Source: a bacterium
Lineage (GTDB): Bacteria; Bacillota_I; Bacilli_A; RFN20; CAG-826
Assembly (NCBI GenBank): GCA_963633165.1
Contig: CAVGXP010000021.1
Coordinates: forward strand, 1,496 to 65,495
Length of the DNA: 64,000 nt
Direction: 5' to 3'
Shown here: positions 27,378 to 35,914 of the stretch, in pieces
How positions within the stretch are numbered: the stretch's first letter is position 1
Layout of the letters: the number at the start of each line of letters is the position of its first letter
The notes under the pieces: generated by a model
Told to the model about the DNA's origin: nothing
The model's database searches: none
Seen by the model: only the letters and a program-made list of their open reading frames with translations
Program-made: the position numbers and the translations under genes

Positions 27378-28358
27378 ATGATTATTTCAAGAGCCCCGTT
27401 CCGCGTTTCGTTCTGCGGCGGTGGAAGCGACATCCCCTCTTTCTATGAAAAGTACACCGGATGCGTCATCTCCACGACAATTCGTAAATATGTTTATCTG
27501 ACGATCAACAAAGCATTCAACAAGGATTCGATAACTCTAAAATACTCACAAACGGAGGTCGTCCACGACCCTTCGCAAATACAGCATCGCATCTTTAAGC
27601 AAGTTCTAACCGACTTTTCCACCAAGGGCGTAGAAATCACATCCATGGCCGATATCCCCGCCGGTACTGGCTTAGGATCGTCTAGTTCTTTCACCGTGGC
27701 GCTTCTGAAAGCTCTTTATGGGTATAACAACCAATCCGTGTCGGCCTATAAGGTCGCCAAGGAAGCCTGTGATGTCGAAATCATCCAACTAGGAAACCCC
27801 ATCGGCAAACAAGATCAATTTGCCGCTGCTTTCGGCGGACTCCGCTACTACGAGTTCGAACCCGATGGTTTCGTTAAAGTCGAGCCCATTCTAATGAGCA
27901 AAGCCGCTAGGAAGCACCTTGAGAATTCAATGATGCTTTTCTACACGGGCGCACTTCATGACGCCAACAAGATTCTTGGCGAAGAGACGAAAAATCTCGC
28001 TACAGCGAATGAAAAAATAAACGCGACAAGAAAACTCTGCGAAATGACCCGCGAGCTCAAGTTTGAGCTTGAAAACAATAACGTAGACGCGCTCGGCCCG
28101 TGTTTGAAGCAGGGCTGGGAAATCAAAAAAAGCCTGGCCAGCGGAATCACGAGTCCTCTTATCGATAACGCCTACAACCTCGGCATATCTGCCGGAGCTT
28201 CGGGTGGAAAACTCTTAGGAGCAGGCGGAGGAGGATTCTTGCTTTTCTACGTTCCTGACGACGCAAAGAAAGAAGCTGTCCGTCAAGCGCTTGCCGGTTT
28301 CAAGGAGATGCCATTCGAGCTCGATCAATCGGGCGCGAGCATTGTGTACACAGAATGA
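27378..28358 (+). CDS. hddA: GHMP sugar kinase, D-glycero-alpha-D-manno-heptose 7-phosphate kinase type
   Basis: MIISRAPFRVSFCGGGSD start, GHMP motif PAGTGLGSSSS and C-terminal GAGGGGF. Operon context with gmhA, gmhB and hddC. Confidence 0.75.
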   Translation: MIISRAPFRVSFCGGGSDIPSFYEKYTGCVISTTIRKYVYLTINKAFNKDSITLKYSQTEVVHDPSQIQHRIFKQVLTDFSTKGVEITSMADIPAGTGLGSSSSFTVALLKALYGYNNQSVSAYKVAKEACDVEIIQLGNPIGKQDQFAAAFGGLRYYEFEPDGFVKVEPILMSKAARKHLENSMMLFYTGALHDANKILGEETKNLATANEKINATRKLCEMTRELKFELENNNVDALGPCLKQGWEIKKSLASGITSPLIDNAYNLGISAGASGGKLLGAGGGGFLLFYVPDDAKKEAVRQALAGFKEMPFELDQSGASIVYTE

Positions 28359-29665
28359 TTGCCTTAATCCAAGCCGGGGGAGCCGGCACACGCCTCAAAG
28401 AAATAACCCATGATTTGCCAAAGCCTATGGTTGACGTTTTTGGCAAGCCTATTCTGCAGTGGCAGATTGAATCCTTGACAAGCTCAGGCGTCGATAAGCT
28501 TTATATCATCGTTTCCAAAAACTCGACTGCCGTTCAGGATTACTTCAAAGATGGCTCTGCCTTCAATTGCCACATCGACTACATCGTCGAATCCTCGCCT
28601 TTGGGCACCGGAGGAGCTTTGCAATGCGTTGCCTCCAAAATCCACGAAGACTTCATCTTATGCTTTGGCGATTTGATGCTTGATGTCGACTGGAAACGTT
28701 TTGTTTCCTATCACAAAAGCAAAGGGGCCATCATCACCGCCTTCGCCCACCCGAATTCTCACCCCTACGATTCCGATGTCTTGCTCGTTGGAGAAGGGGA
28801 CAAAATACTCACCATTCTCCCCAAATCCCAGAAGCGGGATTTCTTCTATGAGAACCTCACTAACGCGGGGCTTTATGTCGTCTCACCCGAATTGTTAGAG
28901 ACATTCGACCCCGATGAGCAACCGACGAAAATGGATTTTGAAAAAGACCTTTTGTTGCCGACAATTGGCTGCGAAGGGGCCTACGCCTACAGAAGCTCCG
29001 AATACGTCAAAGACGCAGGAACGCCCGATCGCTACCAACGCGTAAGCAAAGACTGCAAAAACGGCATTATTTCTTCCAAATGCCTTAAAAATCCGCAAAA
29101 AGCCATCTTTTTAGATAGAGATGGCACCCTTAACGTTTTCGGCAATTTCGTCACGAAAGCCAGCATGCTCACTCTGATTCCCGGAGCCGCAAGAGCCGTT
29201 AAGAGGATCAACGAATCCCCTTATCTGGCAATCTGCGTAACCAATCAGCCCGTCGTCGCTAGAGGCGAAACGACTTTAGAGCAGCTTCACGAAATCCATT
29301 GCAAGCTCGAAGATATGCTCGGCAATGAAGGAGCCTATCTCGATGGACTTTATTTCTGCCCCCACCACCCCGACAAGGGATTCGCCGGCGAAGTCCCGGA
29401 GCTTAAAATCGAATGCGATTGTAGAAAACCTAAAATCGGAATGCTGCTGAGAGCCAAAGAACGTTACAACATCGATCTTTCATCCTCATGGTTTATCGGG
29501 GACACTTGCCAAGACGTGCAGACCGGAATCAACGCTGGATGCCGTACGGTTTTGTTGACCGGAGGGGATCCGCATCCTTACGCAAAATACCCCGAGGCCA
29601 AACCAGATTACATCTGTGAGAACCTTGAGCAAGCCGTCGAATTCATCATGTCCCAGGAGGCCTGA
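28355..29665 (+). CDS. fusion protein: sugar-1-phosphate nucleotidyltransferase (HddC-like) plus D,D-heptose 1,7-bisphosphate phosphatase (GmhB, HAD family)
   Basis: N-terminal half has AGGAGTRL...PKPM and the nucleotidyltransferase fold. C-terminal half has FLDRDGTLN (DxDxT), CPHHP...CDCRKP (Zn loop) and GDT..D...G.NAG. Confidence 0.8.
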   Translation: MIALIQAGGAGTRLKEITHDLPKPMVDVFGKPILQWQIESLTSSGVDKLYIIVSKNSTAVQDYFKDGSAFNCHIDYIVESSPLGTGGALQCVASKIHEDFILCFGDLMLDVDWKRFVSYHKSKGAIITAFAHPNSHPYDSDVLLVGEGDKILTILPKSQKRDFFYENLTNAGLYVVSPELLETFDPDEQPTKMDFEKDLLLPTIGCEGAYAYRSSEYVKDAGTPDRYQRVSKDCKNGIISSKCLKNPQKAIFLDRDGTLNVFGNFVTKASMLTLIPGAARAVKRINESPYLAICVTNQPVVARGETTLEQLHEIHCKLEDMLGNEGAYLDGLYFCPHHPDKGFAGEVPELKIECDCRKPKIGMLLRAKERYNIDLSSSWFIGDTCQDVQTGINAGCRTVLLTGGDPHPYAKYPEAKPDYICENLEQAVEFIMSQEA

Positions 29666-29669
29666 TACC

Positions 29670-30275
29670 ATGGATTTCAAATCAGAAATTGAGAATTACC
29701 TGAGCTTAGAAAAAAAGGTGATTGATTCGCTTAGCGTTGACGAAATCAACGATGCGATGAATCTCCTTTTAACTTGCTACAAAGAAGGCGGAAACGTCTA
29801 TACCTGTGGCAATGGTGGCAGCGCCTCCACGGCAAGTCACATGGTCTGCGATTTCGGCAAAGGCACTTGCTATGATTTAGACAAAAAATTCCATTTCACC
29901 TGCCTTAACGACAACGTCGCAACGATAATGGCCATCGCCAACGACGACTCCTATGAGAACATTTTCGTCTATCAACTTCAGGATAGACTTAAGCCAAACG
30001 ACATCCTTTTAGCGATTTCCGGCTCCGGAAACAGCCACAACATCGTCAAGGCGGCGGAATACGCCAAAAAAGTCGGGGCGAAGATCATCGCCATGACCGG
30101 TTATAACGGAGGGAAGCTCTACAGCCTCGCCGATTGTCATCTCCACGCCCCCATTGACGACATGCAGATCACCGAAGACGTCCATCTCATTTTCAATCAT
30201 TTGATGATGAAGATTTTCTGGGTTTACCTATCGAAAGAAAACGGAAAAGACCCCGTCTACAAAATCAACAAATAA
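29670..30275 (+). CDS. gmhA: phosphoheptose (sedoheptulose-7-phosphate) isomerase, SIS domain
   Basis: CGNGGSASTASHMVCDF and AISGSGNS motifs. Start set to the ATG at 29670, which has AGGAGG upstream. Confidence 0.8.
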   Translation: MDFKSEIENYLSLEKKVIDSLSVDEINDAMNLLLTCYKEGGNVYTCGNGGSASTASHMVCDFGKGTCYDLDKKFHFTCLNDNVATIMAIANDDSYENIFVYQLQDRLKPNDILLAISGSGNSHNIVKAAEYAKKVGAKIIAMTGYNGGKLYSLADCHLHAPIDDMQITEDVHLIFNHLMMKIFWVYLSKENGKDPVYKINK

Positions 30276-30297
30276 GGTTTCTGACAATCGCTTTCAA

Positions 30298-30323
30298 ACG
30301 GGCCCCTTTAGGGGTCCGTTTTC
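30298..30323 (+). terminator. intrinsic terminator after gmhA
   Basis: ACGGGCCCC (30298-30306) / GGGGTCCGT (30311-30319), followed by TTTTC. Confidence 0.7.
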
Positions 30324-30431
30324 TATAAAATCCCCTTTTTCTCGGTTATTTATTCCTCTACGCAAAGATACGTGTTACTATTCTTCCGCTAGGGCTTTTA
30401 TAAAGCCCTCAATTGTCTTTAGGAGGACAAC

Positions 30432-33086
30432 ATGGCAGAAAAGAAGTACGTCTATTCCTTCAAGGAAGCCCACGAGTATCACTTGGGCAAAGACATCCTT
30501 GGTGGAAAAGGCTTCGGTCTTGCTGAGATGACTGCCGCTGGGGTCAACATCCCCGCCGGTTTCACCATTTCCACCGAAGCTTGCACCCTTTACTATGAAT
30601 CCGGAAAGAAGATTCCTGATTCCGTTTGGGAAGACATCGTGAACCACATTCACGAAGTCGAAAAGCTTAACAACAAAGCTTTCGGCGGAGGAGCCGGCAT
30701 CCCCTTGCTCGTCTCCGTCCGTTCCGGCGCCCGTCAGTCCATGCCTGGTATGATGGACACCATCCTCAACCTCGGCCTCAACGATGAGACCGTCGTTGAA
30801 CTCGCCCAAGCCGCCAACAACGAGCGCTTCGCTTGGGACTCCTATCGCCGTTTCATCTTGATGTTCACCAACATCGCCAAAGGCCATCCGCGCACCAAGA
30901 TGGACGCCATGCTCGACAAGATCAAAACCGACAACGGCTACAAACTCGACACCGAAGTCACCACCGAGCAGCTCAAAGAATTGGTCAAAGCCTACAAAGC
31001 CTACTACAAAGAGGTTTTCAACGAAGACTTCCCGACCGATCCCTACGTTCAGCTCAAAGAAGCTGTCGCCGCTGTTTTCCGCAGCTGGGACAACCCCCGC
31101 GCCAACGTCTATCGTCAGATGAACGGCATCCCCTATGAATGGGGCACCGCCGTCAACGTCCAGACCATGGTCTTCGGCAACATGGGCGAAGATTCCGGCA
31201 CCGGCGTCGCTTTCTCCCGTGATCCTGGAACCGGTGAAAAGAAGATCTACGCCGAATTCCTCCCCAACGCCCAGGGCGAAGACGTCGTCGCTGGCGTTCG
31301 TACTCCTCTCCACATCGACGAACTCCAGAGGAGAATGCCGAAAGTCTATGATGAATTCATGGCCACCATCAAACGCATGGAAGAGTACTTCCATGATATG
31401 CAGGACATGGAATACACCATCGAGAAAGGCAAATTGTTCTTCCTCCAGGCCCGTAACGGCAAACGTACCGCTCGCGCCGCTTTGAAGATCGCCTGCGACC
31501 TCGTCGACGAAGGCTTGATCGATGAGAAGGAAGCCGTCCTTCGCGTCGAGCCCAAGCAGCTCAACGACTTGCTCCACCCGACCTTCGACACCGCTGACTT
31601 GAAAGCCCATGACGCCGTCATCCACGGCCTCCCCGCTTCCCCGGGTGCTGGCACTGGCGCCATCGTCTTCACCGCCGAAGAGTGCAAAGAATGGCACGAC
31701 AACGGCAAGAAAGTCGTCCTCGTCCGCGCCGAAACCTCCCCTGAGGACATCATCGGCATGGTCAACTCCGAAGCCATCCTCACCGCTCGCGGTGGTATGA
31801 CCTCCCACGCCGCCGTCGTTGCTCGTTCCATGGGCAAATGCTGCGTCGCCGGCGCTACCGAAATCGTCGTCAACGAAGAAGCCAAGACCCTCACCGTCGG
31901 TGACAAGGTCTACCACGAAGGCGACATCATCTCCGTCAACGGATCCACCGGTCTCGTTTACGAAGGAAGCATCAAGATGGTTCCCGCCGACCTCGGCGGA
32001 GACTTCGGCCGTCTCATGGGCTGGGCCGACAAATATCGCCGCCTCAAAGTCCGCGTCAACGCCAACACCGTCGATGACGCCAACAACGGCAACCGTTTCG
32101 GCGCCGAAGGCATTGGCCTTTGCCGCACCGAGCGTATGTTCTTCGCCCCGGAGCGCATCCTCCACATGCGTGAGATGATCCTCTCCGACACGACCGAACA
32201 ACGCGAAGCCGCCTTGGAAAAGATTCGTCCTTTCCTTGCCGATGACTTCCGTCAAATGTATGAGGCCAACCCTGACACCAACGTCAACATCCGCCTCCTT
32301 GACCCCCCGCTACACGAATTCCTCCCCGAAATCAACGATGCCAAGACCATCGCCGAAATCGCTGAGCAACTCGGTGTCTCCGAGCAAAAGGTCCGCGACC
32401 GCATCAACCAGCTCCATCAGGCCAACCCGATGATGGGTTTCCGTGGTGTCCGTCTCTGCGTCGCCTATCCTGAAATCTATGCCGTCTTGGCTCGTGCCAT
32501 CATCCAGGCCGCCATTGCCGCTTCTAAGAAAGTCGGCAAGAGCATCGAGCCCGAGATCATGATTCCTCTCTGCGGTGAACTCAAAGAGTATCGCTGGGCC
32601 AAGGAAGTCGTCATCAAGACCGTCGAAGACGAACTCGCCAAAGAAGGCGAAAAGCTCGTCTACCACGTCGGTATGATGATCGAAATCCCGCGCGCTTGCA
32701 TCCGCGCTGGCGAACTCGCCAAAGAAGCGGAGTTCTTCTCCTTCGGGACCAACGACCTCACCCAGCTCACCATGGGCTTCTCCCGTGATGACTCCGGTCA
32801 GTTCCTCCCCTTCTACTATGATCGCAAGATCTACGAATTCGATCCGTTCCAGACCGTCGACATCGACGGCGTCGGCGAACTCGTCAAGATGGCCGTTGAG
32901 CGTGGCCGTGCCAACAACAAAGACCTCCTCATCGGTGTCTGCGGTGAAACCGGTGGCGATCCCGCTTCCATCATGTTCTATGATGAAGTTGGCCTCGACT
33001 ACGTTTCCTGCTCGCCTTACCGCGTGCCTCTCGCCCGCTTGGCCGCTGCTCAAGCCGCGATCACCCACGCTCGCAAAGCGAAGTAA
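30432..33086 (+). CDS. ppdK: pyruvate, phosphate dikinase
   Basis: 884 aa. ATP-grasp N-terminus, phosphohistidine region GGMTSHAAVVAR and PEP/pyruvate TIM-barrel C-terminus. TAGGAGGA RBS. Confidence 0.95.
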   Translation: MAEKKYVYSFKEAHEYHLGKDILGGKGFGLAEMTAAGVNIPAGFTISTEACTLYYESGKKIPDSVWEDIVNHIHEVEKLNNKAFGGGAGIPLLVSVRSGARQSMPGMMDTILNLGLNDETVVELAQAANNERFAWDSYRRFILMFTNIAKGHPRTKMDAMLDKIKTDNGYKLDTEVTTEQLKELVKAYKAYYKEVFNEDFPTDPYVQLKEAVAAVFRSWDNPRANVYRQMNGIPYEWGTAVNVQTMVFGNMGEDSGTGVAFSRDPGTGEKKIYAEFLPNAQGEDVVAGVRTPLHIDELQRRMPKVYDEFMATIKRMEEYFHDMQDMEYTIEKGKLFFLQARNGKRTARAALKIACDLVDEGLIDEKEAVLRVEPKQLNDLLHPTFDTADLKAHDAVIHGLPASPGAGTGAIVFTAEECKEWHDNGKKVVLVRAETSPEDIIGMVNSEAILTARGGMTSHAAVVARSMGKCCVAGATEIVVNEEAKTLTVGDKVYHEGDIISVNGSTGLVYEGSIKMVPADLGGDFGRLMGWADKYRRLKVRVNANTVDDANNGNRFGAEGIGLCRTERMFFAPERILHMREMILSDTTEQREAALEKIRPFLADDFRQMYEANPDTNVNIRLLDPPLHEFLPEINDAKTIAEIAEQLGVSEQKVRDRINQLHQANPMMGFRGVRLCVAYPEIYAVLARAIIQAAIAASKKVGKSIEPEIMIPLCGELKEYRWAKEVVIKTVEDELAKEGEKLVYHVGMMIEIPRACIRAGELAKEAEFFSFGTNDLTQLTMGFSRDDSGQFLPFYYDRKIYEFDPFQTVDIDGVGELVKMAVERGRANNKDLLIGVCGETGGDPASIMFYDEVGLDYVSCSPYRVPLARLAAAQAAITHARKAK

Positions 33087-33102
33087 TCCGCTTTAAAACA
33101 CT

Positions 33103-33142
33103 AAGCACGTCTTCTTCCGAAAGGGAGAAAACGTGCTTTTTT
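33103..33142 (+). terminator. intrinsic terminator after ppdK
   Basis: AAGCACGT (33103-33110) / ACGTGCTT (33131-33138) with an inner helix, followed by a T-run. Confidence 0.75.
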
Positions 33143-33199
33143 ATAATTTTCGAAATTTTTAAGAGGAAAAATTTAAAAATCCTAAATTTTAGAGGTGTG

Positions 33200-33227
33200 A
33201 AAAAAGGCGGTTTTAGAACCAACCGCC
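33200..33227 (-). terminator. intrinsic terminator ending the mnmE...glmU' minus-strand operon
   Basis: GGCGGTT (33206-33212) / AACCGCC (33221-33227). On the minus strand it is followed by TTTTTT. Confidence 0.7.
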
Positions 33228-33230
33228 CAT

Positions 33231-33500
33231 TTATAGTTCCGTTCCGTAGAACAAAAGGTTATTTGCGGCGTCGACTTCCCCGACGAGGCGATCTCCGAAA
33301 TAGATCATTCCGTCCATCGATATGTCGCCGACTTGCTCGCCGTTCCTGACGATTTTGCCATCAGAGGTGAGCCTAGCGAAGTTCTTGCCCGATATCGTTA
33401 TCGCAGCGTCGCCATCGCCAAGCCTTTCAACGTAACCAACGACATTGTCATCAATGTAGACGTCATGTCCATAACAGGGAACGCAGTCAAACATAATCAC
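33231..33500 (-). CDS. hypothetical 89-aa protein with an internal repeated G/D-x-x-V-G-x-V/I motif
   Basis: 4-nt overlap with the upstream gene and a terminator immediately downstream. I recognise no family. Confidence 0.55.
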   Translation of the reverse strand: MIMFDCVPCYGHDVYIDDNVVGYVERLGDGDAAITISGKNFARLTSDGKIVRNGEQVGDISMDGMIYFGDRLVGEVDAANNLLFYGTEL

Positions 33501-34264
33501 TTGCCTCCTTTTAGGGCTTTTTCGCGGAACCTTATGGCGTACTCTTCTTTATTCGTCTGCTTTTCCCTAGCGATTCCCATCGCGTTGGGAGGAACGTCTT
33601 CGGTTATGGTGGATCCAGCCGCGGTCATCGCACTTTCCCCAATTTTAACAGGGCTGACAAGCGTCGTTCTAGAGCCAATGAAGGCATGATTCCCGATGGA
33701 GCTTGGGAATTTGGATACCCCATTGTAATTGGCCGTGATGGTCGCAGCCCCGATGTTGACGTCTTCTCCAACTTCGCAATCGCCCAAATAGGAAAAATGC
33801 GCCATCCTTGAATCGTCGCCGAAGCGGGTGTTCTTCATTTCATTGAAGTTTCCGATCTTCGTGTTGTTTCCGATATGGGTATCGCCTCTGCTTCTAAAAT
33901 AGGGGCCGATGGAATTGCTATTTTCAATGAAGGTATCGCATAGATGGGCGGAGAGGATTTCGTTTTTATCGCCCATTTTGACGTTTTTCAAATACGAGAA
34001 GGGATAAACTACGCAGTCTCCTCCGATTTTCGTCTGTCCAAAAATATAGACGTTAGGATAAATCACGCTTCCAACGCCGATTTCAACCTTAGGACCGATA
34101 TAAGTATTTTCAGGATCAAGGATCACCACCCCCTTATCTAGGAGGCTGCGATTGATCTCAAGTTGTTTTTGTTTTGCGAAAGAAGCGATTTCGGAGGCCG
34201 AGGAGAAATTAACGCCATAATAAGCGGGCTTTTCTCCCAATATTTCAACCTCATCGAACTTCAT
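33497..34264 (-). CDS. glmU: glucosamine-1-phosphate N-acetyltransferase: GlmU C-terminal left-handed beta-helix domain only
   Basis: Aligns by eye to GlmU from the interdomain helix to the C-terminus (NRSLLDKGVVILDPENTYI, hexapeptide repeats, HFSYLGD, NYNGVSKF...IG..AFIGS...V.PV.IG). The N-terminal uridylyltransferase domain is absent. The start lies 2 nt after the ispE stop. Confidence 0.8.
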   Translation of the reverse strand: MKFDEVEILGEKPAYYGVNFSSASEIASFAKQKQLEINRSLLDKGVVILDPENTYIGPKVEIGVGSVIYPNVYIFGQTKIGGDCVVYPFSYLKNVKMGDKNEILSAHLCDTFIENSNSIGPYFRSRGDTHIGNNTKIGNFNEMKNTRFGDDSRMAHFSYLGDCEVGEDVNIGAATITANYNGVSKFPSSIGNHAFIGSRTTLVSPVKIGESAMTAAGSTITEDVPPNAMGIAREKQTNKEEYAIRFREKALKGGK

Positions 34265-34265
34265 A

Positions 34266-35114
34266 TCAGCAAAGCACCTTCGTCAAACGCACGACGTAGC
34301 CCATTTTATCGAATTTCTTAAACGCTTCTTTGCAAAGGCTATCGGAAGAAGAAAGGGCAAAGCAGCTTGAGCCAGAGCCAGACATTGAGACAATTTTGAA
34401 TCCCGTTTCCCTCAACAGCTCGCAGACTTTCCCGATTTCAGGGAGCAAAGAGATCGCGGGGGCCATAAGGTCATTTCCGATGCCTTGGGCGATCTTGTCT
34501 TCATCGAATTCCTTAAGCCCTTCTTTAACCAAAGCAGTATCCACGTGCGCCTTGGGGAAGGAATCGCATATCGCGTAAACATCCTTCGTCGATAACCCTT
34601 TCTGAGGTTTAACGATCAAGACGTTCCAATTCTTTTTCATTTCAATAGGCGACATGATTTCCCCGATTCCGGAGACCTCCATGGGCTTGCTTTCCAAAAA
34701 GAAAGGCACATCGGCTCCGATTTGGAGCCCAAGTTTCCCCAGTTCTTCATTGCTCGCGCCCAAATGGAGCATCTTATTCAAACCGGCCATGACAACAGCC
34801 GCGTTGCTGCTGCCTCCGCCTAGCCCCGCCGCGAAGGGGATTTCCTTATGGATTTTGATGAGGAAATGCTTCTTGAAGCCGTATTTCTCTTCCATCAGGG
34901 AAAAGGCCTTTTGGCAAAGGTTGTGCTTGAGGCCGGATAAGCCCGGATCATCGCAGACGATATGGGTTCCGGTGGCAATGGGAAGAGGGTCGAATTGCAC
35001 GATGTCGTGCAGCTTCAAAGGAAGGTTTACCATTTCCAAATAATGGTAACCATCCTCCCTAACTCCGGTAATTTTGAGACTTAAATTGATTTTGGCGTAC
35101 GATTTGCAAATCAT
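34266..35114 (-). CDS. ispE: 4-diphosphocytidyl-2-C-methyl-D-erythritol kinase
   Basis: AKINLSLKI start and GHMP motif PFAAGLGGGSSNAA. Synteny with ksgA, as in Bacillus. Confidence 0.9.
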   Translation of the reverse strand: MICKSYAKINLSLKITGVREDGYHYLEMVNLPLKLHDIVQFDPLPIATGTHIVCDDPGLSGLKHNLCQKAFSLMEEKYGFKKHFLIKIHKEIPFAAGLGGGSSNAAVVMAGLNKMLHLGASNEELGKLGLQIGADVPFFLESKPMEVSGIGEIMSPIEMKKNWNVLIVKPQKGLSTKDVYAICDSFPKAHVDTALVKEGLKEFDEDKIAQGIGNDLMAPAISLLPEIGKVCELLRETGFKIVSMSGSGSSCFALSSSDSLCKEAFKKFDKMGYVVRLTKVLC

Positions 35115-35914
35115 AAACTAGCTTTCATTAGGGATAGATATTGCTCTGGACTCACCTGTTCGGGGCGCTTTGAGCTATCAATCCCGCAAACATTGAGAAT
35201 CTTAGCGATTTTATCGGTATCTTTCACTATGGTTTTTAAATTATTGGCAATCGTTTTCCGTCTTTGCAGGAACAATTCATTGCACAGAGCGTATGTTTTG
35301 CGGTTCATCTCTTTGTCCCTATCGGGATCAAAGACAAGTGAAAGCACGGTGGAATCTACATGCGGGGCGGGGCAAAAGCTTGAACGAACCACTTTGAATT
35401 CCCGTTTAAGGATTCCTGAGAGGGCGATGAGGACATTCAACGGACCGTATTCTTTGCTCCCCACTCCGCTCAGCAGTCTGTCCGCGGCCTCTTTCTGGAC
35501 CATGATTACTAATTTTTCCGCCTTATCCGCGCCTAGAAGAACCTTCTCGAGAATGCCGGAGGTGATGTAATAAGGGAGGTTCCCGATAATTTTGGTATAA
35601 GGGGAATAATCCCATTTCATCGCGTTGCCGTGGATAGGAGACAATGTGGACTCGCTAAAATCGTTCTGCAATTTCGAAAGCAGCCCGTCATCGATGTCGA
35701 TGGCTTCCCCCGATGCACGAGCTTCCTCAAGGAAAAAGGTCAACGAACCCGCACCACAACCAATTTCCAGCGTTTTGTCCCCTTCTTTGAGTTCCAAGGT
35801 GTCGACGATTCTAGAGGCCGCGGAGGAATCGATGAGGAAATTCTGCCCGACTTCCTTTTTTGCGAGCAGTTTAAACGATGCGATTTCCTCGAAATAGGCG
35901 TCTTTGTTTTTCAT
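35111..35914 (-). CDS. rsmA: 16S rRNA (adenine1518/1519-N6)-dimethyltransferase
   Basis: GQNFL, SAM motif LEIGCGAGSLT and NLPYYI. Confidence 0.9.
   Translation of the reverse strand: MKNKDAYFEEIASFKLLAKKEVGQNFLIDSSAASRIVDTLELKEGDKTLEIGCGAGSLTFFLEEARASGEAIDIDDGLLSKLQNDFSESTLSPIHGNAMKWDYSPYTKIIGNLPYYITSGILEKVLLGADKAEKLVIMVQKEAADRLLSGVGSKEYGPLNVLIALSGILKREFKVVRSSFCPAPHVDSTVLSLVFDPDRDKEMNRKTYALCNELFLQRRKTIANNLKTIVKDTDKIAKILNVCGIDSSKRPEQVSPEQYLSLMKASL

Noticed and set aside
30378-32255. 625-aa ORF antisense to ppdK
   Set aside because: The ORF lies entirely within ppdK, which is unmistakable. The antisense product is low-complexity G/D/V/A/E-rich sequence with no motifs. Strongly GC3-biased sense codons avoid TTA/CTA/TCA, so the complementary frame simply lacks stops.
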